This document shows positions 57,746-64,000 of a DNA stretch of 64,000 nucleotides, one piece after another. This DNA comes from the human T2T-CHM13v2.0 reference genome, Homo sapiens. The notes beneath the pieces were generated by a model. That model saw nothing but the letters and a program-made list of their open reading frames with translations. It was not told the origin of the DNA and did no database searches. Every line of letters begins with the position of its first letter. Position 1 is the first letter of the stretch. The position numbers and the translations under genes were made by a program. The stretch is taken from NCBI RefSeq assembly GCF_009914755.1, contig NC_060937.1. The stretch is one strand, 5' to 3'.

Positions 57746-57868
57746 TTTTTTTTGAGATGGGGGTCTCACTGTGTTGTCTAGGCTGCTCTTGAAGTCCTGG
57801 GCTCAAGCAATCCTCCCATTTCAGCCTCTCCAGTAGCTGGGACTACAGGCACACACCACCATGCCTCA
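57746..57868 (-). mobile_element. FLAM
   Basis: Single Alu left-type monomer with poly-T. Confidence 0.88.
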
Positions 57869-58204
57869 CTATTAATTCTAATACGATCTTGTAGATGAAC
57901 TGTAACGAAACAATGAGAGCTAGGAGAATGATTTGAGGAATGAATAACTTCAATATTTTGCTAAATGAAATCATAAACAAAATATTGATCATTTTCTTTA
58001 TTCATTACAGAACCCTTGTTAACCCACTGCTCTGGGCAGGGCACAAATCCTGTTTGCTTCATGGCGTTCCTTCATGCTCTCACTGAACTGTGGTCTTTTG
58101 TGCAATAGACCACCATGGCAATGTGTTTGTATCTTTCACTGACACTTTTCACATTATATCTTTTATTACTTATTTATCCTTGTTCCTCATTATTTTGTTT
58201 TCTT

Positions 58205-58455
58205 ATATTAATTAATTTTTAAGTTCATAAAAGTTGTATATATTTATGGCATATAACATGATGCTTTGAAATATGTATACATTATGGAATGGCTAAATTG
58301 AGCTAACTAACATAAGTATTACTTCATATATCATTTATTTGTGGTGAGAACACTTAAAATCTATTGTCTTACCAATTTCCAAGTATACGTTACATTGTTA
58401 TTAGCAATAGTTACCATGTTGTACAATAGATGTCTTGAACTTTTTACTCCTGTCT
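58205..58455 (-). mobile_element. L1MA (MA8-like) 3' end
   Basis: tgtatacattatggaatggctaaattgagcta...tgtggtgagaacacttaaaatcta...gtacaatagat. Confidence 0.82.
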
Positions 58456-58958
58456 TCCTCATAACTTTGTGATAGTAACACTTTCTAGCATTTGCATTTT
58501 TGACAGCTTTAAAAATTATTAAAAGTTCATTTACATTGTCTTATTCAGGTCTCACACAGACCACGTGATTCAGGTTAATTACTCCCATGTCAGTGAATCA
58601 AGGGATGTGAGATAGTGCAATGAGGCAGCTTCAGAAGACTTGGGTTGTAGTTTTCACTGTGTAACATATGAGTTTTGCAATTGTGAAGAGGCAATTTACA
58701 CACTTGAAACTTCAGCTTTCCCTCCTGGAAAATATGTAAGGGGGACATAGTGCTGTGGGGTTCATTGCTATGAGGCATTAATCAGATATTTAATAACTTT
58801 CAAACACCATTAAAGTGGCATTAACATACTACTATTAAGAGAATGTAGTATCCCGGAGGGTAGTAATTATGTCCCTTTTTTATCTGTTTATTTTCCAGAC
58901 ACTTAGTGCAGCACCTAATGATGGTGCTCAGTGAATATTGGTTAAATGGATGAATGGG

Positions 58959-60041
58959 ACAGAGGTTGCCAAACTTTTTCTGTAAAAGTCAAGATAGTAA
59001 ATATTTTAGGCTTTGTGGGCCATACGATCTCTGTCACAACTACTCAGAGCTGCTTTTGTAATGCAAAAGCAGCCATAGACAATATGTAAGTAATGAGCAT
59101 GGATGTGTTTCAATTAAATTATTTATGGCCACTGAAATTTGAATTTTATGTAATTTTCATATGTCATGAAATACTCTCCTTTTGATTTTTTCCCAACTAT
59201 TTAAAAACGTAAAAAACAGTTCTTGGCTCATGGTGTTACAGGGGGCGGGGGGAGGGGGTCCTTGCTCCCAGAGCTCCCAAGATGGTGGCGGGCCACCTCC
59301 AAGATGGTGGCAAACCTCGTGTTCTCTGACCTGGCGTCACGGATTCCAAAGAATGGAATCTTGAGCCATGTGGTGAGTGTTATAGCTCTATTAGAAGCCG
59401 TGGGTCACGGAAGACAACCGTGGAACCCAGTGACTAGTGTTCAGCTTGATTAGGACCAACCTGGGCACATAGCTATGCAGGAACAATGGTGAACCTTTAG
59501 CTCCATCGGGAGCAGCAATGGGCACCTCACTGGATCAGGAGCACAGCAGACACCCTGCCGGATCCGGAGGGATGGAAGTCAGCAGCGGGTCTGTGACAGC
59601 AGCAAACAGCAGTGGCGGAGGGCCAGCGAAAGCTCAGCTCGAGTAACAAACACGGACCAGAAGACTGTGCAGCTGCAAGATTTAATAGAGTGAAAACAGA
59701 GCTCCCATACAAAGGGAGGGGACCCAAAGAGGGTAGCCGTTGCCGGCTCCAATGCCTAGGTTTATATCCCTATCATTGTCCCTCCTGCTGCGCTCTCAGG
59801 CAATAGATGATTGGCTATTTCTTTACCTCCTGTTTTTGCCTAATTAGCATTTTAGTGAGCTCTCTTTACTACCTGATTGGTTGGGTGTGAGTTAAGTTGC
59901 AAGCCCCGTGTTTAAAGGTGGATGCGGTCATCTTCCCAGCTAGGCTTAGGGATTCTTAGTCGGCCTAGGAAATCCAGCTAGTCCTGTCTCTCAATAGGTT
60001 GTACAAAAATGGAGGGGCCAGATTTATTTTGTCAATCCCTG
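58959..60041 (+). mobile_element. MER58B (hAT-Charlie) split by LTR17
   Basis: cagaggttgccaaactttttctgtaaa...gatagtaaatattttaggctttgtgggcca...; resumes gtacaaaaa...gggccagattt after 59993. Confidence 0.85.
59234..59993 (-). mobile_element. LTR17 (HERV-W) solo LTR
   Basis: Minus start tgagagacaggactagctggatttcctaggccgactaagaatccctaagcc and end tgtaaca; CCAAT boxes (59876-80, 59810-14), TATA-like gatataaa (59761-68), ATTAAA (59681-86); TSD atgg/atag. Confidence 0.95.
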
Positions 60042-60864
60042 GAATAAAATATGAATATCAGTTAAATTAAGCATGTATCTGAAATCTCAGCATCACACAA
60101 CATACCCATGTAATAAACCTGCACATGTAACCCTGAATTTAAAATTAAAGTTGAAACTTTTTTTAAAAAATAAAACTTATTATGGTCATTTTATGAGCAC
60201 TTTTTTTAATAATCTTATTTGAATAGACTAGAAAATTTGGTCATTCACTAATATGATATTGTGAGTATAAGAATCACAGAGGGAAAAATCAAACTTACTG
60301 TACTAGGCTAAATACAATTTTATCTTTCTTGTATTATGATATGCAGACTTTTATCAAATATTGTAGGCTTTTAATTCATTTCTGGATTCATTTAAATAGA
60401 TTGAAAAAAGTTGAAAAGGAAAGTATGCATTGAGGAACACTTGATGAGGCGATAAGATGATGTAACCTGCTTGGTCTTATGGAAAGTCATGAAACTGCAG
60501 ACTTGGTCCATTGCAAATTCATGCTATCTCACCTCGTTTGGGTTCTTAATGCTACTTGTCAATTCTTTTCTTATTCATTGCTTGTTAAATTCTTATTGCA
60601 TTCCTCATAGCAGCTGTTTTAGATTTTCTATGCTTTCAACTTCCACTCTCATGGTCTCTCTCACTCACTCTAAGCAGATGACTCTCCTCCTTCTGGACTT
60701 GCCGGCCGTTGCAAGCTCTTGCAGTTTTTCTCCCCTCATACTCAGACATATCTGCTGCCACTCATTCCCCATAACCTCATATTCCTCTTGATCTTTACTT
60801 CTTTGTTTTCTTTCATTGCAGGGGGATAATGTGTCACTTACACTTGTGCTCTTTCCACCACCAT

Positions 60865-60997
60865 TTTTTTTTTTCTGCCCTGAGCTGGGGGTTTTGCTAT
60901 GTTTCCCAGGCTAGACTTGAACTCTTGGGCTCAAGCTATCCTCCAAGCTCAGCCTTTTGAGTAGCTGGGATTACAGGTGCGATTCACTGTGCCCTGC
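60865..60997 (-). mobile_element. FLAM
   Basis: gttttgctatgtttcccaggctagacttgaactcttgggctcaag; TSD-like c(c/t)accac(c/t)attttt. Confidence 0.85.
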
Positions 60998-62299
60998 ATC
61001 TACCACTATTTTTAAACTTCTTCCATAAAATTATTCAATTGATGATTTTCCTTCTCTCTTCTGTTAGCATCTCTCTGCCTTTTTACTGGCTCTTTCTCTT
61101 CTTTTTATAAACATTATTAGATCTCCTAGTCTTTTAAAACAGGGCTTATTCAGCTTTTCTTCACTAATGTCTCCCACAAGCCAACCTCTGTTCTGTTTGG
61201 GCTTGCCTGCACTTCTGTTCTCACTGGTAAGTGCCTATACACATCACCCCTTCACCCTTGCCTTAACAAAAACAATGAAGAAAATCCATATCAAACTTAA
61301 TCATCTCTTAGACCTTCTGCTAATGTAAGACCATTATTCAGTCTCCTTTAGGTTAGTCATTTTATGTCCTCAAAATACAGTCTATATGTGTTGTCTTTGT
61401 CTCCCGTTATGACTTATTCGTTTAGTCCTTGCAATCTGCATTCTCTTTTCACTGTTCTTTTGAACAGTTTTCTCAAGAATCACCAATGACTTTCCAGGGT
61501 ATAAACACAATACATTATTATTAATAATGATCTTCTTTTAATTCCCTAGCATTTATCCTTTGATAACTAATTCATACTTCTTAGAAACATTTATTCTTTG
61601 GCCTCTGGAAGAGTGCTCCCTTCTTATCCCGGATTGTTTTCTCTCTGAAAATGTTGATGACTCTTTTTTGTCCCTGCCCCAATGGTTGGTGTTCTCCAAA
61701 GTCATCCTAGTCTCTCCCTTTTCATTCTCTCTCTATCTAAAACTACCCATTTATTTTCTATTTTACCACCTTCAAGGTGATGATGGTTCACGCACCCGTT
61801 CCAAGCTTCTCCTTCCTGGGCTCCAGTTCTGCATTATTAAGAGTCTGGTGAATGTCTCCACTGAACGTCATAGGCACCTCAAACTCACCATGCTTAAAAC
61901 TGAACTAATGACTTTTCACTTACACTGTCTCTTACTCTACTAATTTCATTCCTGGTTTTTCTAAAAGAAGCTCCATTTCCTTGGTAATGAAATCTTGGAG
62001 CCATCCTTGACTCACTGCTTTTTATTGTCTCCCTTAGACAATCAGTTCCCCAGTCCTAACAGTTTACCTTTGAAATACTTTTGGCATCTTTATCTTTCTG
62101 TATATTCCTCCTGCTGTGACCTTAGTTTAGTCTTTAATTACCACATACTTAATAAATTAGTAGTATTTTCTTTATTAGTCTCACTTCTTATAGAGTCACC
62201 CCTCTCTAATACATTTTAACACCTACTCTAAATATTTTTTAAATACTTCACTTTGGTTTTAAATTACTTCACTTTGGTTATATTATTTCATTGCTCAAT

Positions 62300-62500
62300 A
62301 ATAACAGCTAGCAATTATGGAGGGCTTACAGTGTATCAGGCAAGGCTCTAAGCAGTCCTGAGTTCTAAATGGATAGACTTAATTAATCCTCACAATAATC
62401 CTATAAGGTAGCTAGTATTATCATTTAACTATGAAGAACACTGAGCCTGCTGGAGTTCAGCAGCTCATCCAAGATCACACAGCTTATGAGCTGTAAGTTT
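62300..62500 (-). mobile_element. MIR relic
   Basis: ataacagctagcaattatggagggcttac...ttaatcctcacaataatcctataaggtag...ccaagatcacacagct. Confidence 0.8.
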
Positions 62501-64000
62501 AGGAATCCAAGGTTGCTCTCTCCCACTCCTCAATGCAGGATGTGGGGTTGAGTGTGTGTGGGGAGTTGGGGGGCAGCACCTAGGCTCTTAACCGCTAAAC
62601 TGCAATGTCTTTTGTGAGTGACTGAGTAACGTTCAGACTCACTAAGTTGGCTTTCAACTCCCTGGCCTCCAAATGGCTTTTAATTTTCAGAAATATCAAA
62701 CACAAAACCAGTGTAATGGCTTATGTCCTATTCATAATTCTCATAAATATGCACTGGGTCTTTGGTCTGCATAGTTCTGTTTATATTGTTCCCTTGACTC
62801 CCATCATGCTTTCCTTCTTTTTCAACCATGCTTTCCTTCTTCAACCAAGCTGAAAGTCTTCTGTATAAAACCCTTTCATCACCTTTCAACACTTACTTAA
62901 GCACTAGAGAGTCTATCGCACCCAAGGGTGACCCTTATCTCCTGGCTACCAATTGCATTTACCTTGTCTCACTTATATTTTACTTATTATATATTGGGTG
63001 ATATTTAAAACATTGATGTTTATGTGTTATCTCTCCTACTAGGTCGTAATTTCTGCATGCATTAAAGCTGTAATAAACAGCAGTAAAATGATTGAAATGA
63101 CTTCAAAATATTTTCTGTTTATCATTTTTTAAAATGTAAAAACTCAATTGAAGAAAGAGAAAGAAACAGTAACTTTCTCCCCAGACACCCGATAGTCTCA
63201 GATTATGCCACAGTTTCTGGGTTTTAATTACTATTCAAAGTTCAAGTACAGTTATCACAAGAATGGAGATTTTCCCAGTAGCTCTGACTCCGAATAAACA
63301 GGAAGTATAGTATCAGAAATCTGGCATGAGAACCTGGTCTTGTGAAACTTCTCATCCTAAGTACTTGAAACTTTTCATGCTTCTTGCTAAATCTTCACAA
63401 GTGTGCCCATAATTCTGTATTACCTAACTAGTTTGAACTCTAGAATATTAGTTCCAAAACCATATACAGAACAGATGAAAGCTAGATATTACAAGACTAA
63501 AAGCTGTTGCAACAAAATCTTCCTGACAAATGGAGCTGTCAGTTTGTGTGACTACAGGGAGAAACAGAGTGGGACTATGAAGTGCTAAAGTATTGTAGGA
63601 CTGCATTTGCCTCTTTTAGTTACTCCAAATGCAAATCACTCTTGCCCTGGGAAAAGTGGTATAGTTGGAGGACATAGTTACAGTAAAACAAATTTGGACT
63701 CATTTTTTTCTATGAACCTCAAGTTTAACCACACTAAACCCTCTTTATCAGAGATTCCATGAAAGGTCATATTGTTTTATTTCTTTATTATGGCCATGAA
63801 CTTCCTAATTAAATTCAGAATCATAGCAAGAGCTCCCTAGCTTGTGAAAGTCTAAATTTGCTGACATCTTAATGTCTTAAGTACCCAGCCAGCTGTTAGT
63901 CTTGCATCCTATGAATGGTTTCGTGAGTTGGAGCTTCTTAGTCCTTCCCCTACTTCTGACTTTGAATCAGCAAAATGGGCAACTTTTACATTTTATGTTT

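Larger units (their letters stand above)
60640..63050 (+). mobile_element. Long degenerate L2 relic interrupted by FLAM and MIR
   Basis: ttctcaagaatcaccaatgactttcc, ggcacctcaaactcaccatg..taaaactgaact, ggagccatccttgactc. Confidence 0.65.

Noticed and set aside
59241-59258. G-rich run as a G-quadruplex
   Set aside because: Only three G-tracts, and part of the normal LTR17 end.

Overview
Primate (human-like) AT-rich intronic or intergenic DNA made mostly of interspersed repeats. I can support no intact host protein-coding gene, tRNA, rRNA or CRISPR array. Main elements: a full-length minus-strand L1PA2-like LINE-1 (37133-43162, 16-bp TSD, one ORF1 nonsense codon, one ORF2 frameshift, antisense ORF0); an ancient two-LTR ERVL-class provirus with LTR16-like LTRs (27357-35469) carrying six nested insertions; a solo HERV-W LTR17; an LTR8; a MER4 LTR containing a tailless 7SK retrocopy and a THE1/MST LTR; and many Alu, L1, L2, MIR, MaLR and DNA-transposon relics. 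The most unusual signals are repair and retrotransposition scars: a perfect 41-bp-arm fold-back palindrome with iterated templated inserts inside an old L1, a ~95-bp locally templated insertion splitting an Alu arm, a double-poly(A) L1 with a mini 3' transduction, and an ORF0 mutation that creates a consensus splice donor. Repeat subfamily names come from recalled consensus sequences, not a RepeatMasker run, and old-repeat boundaries are approximate. I found no convincing novel multi-gene system.
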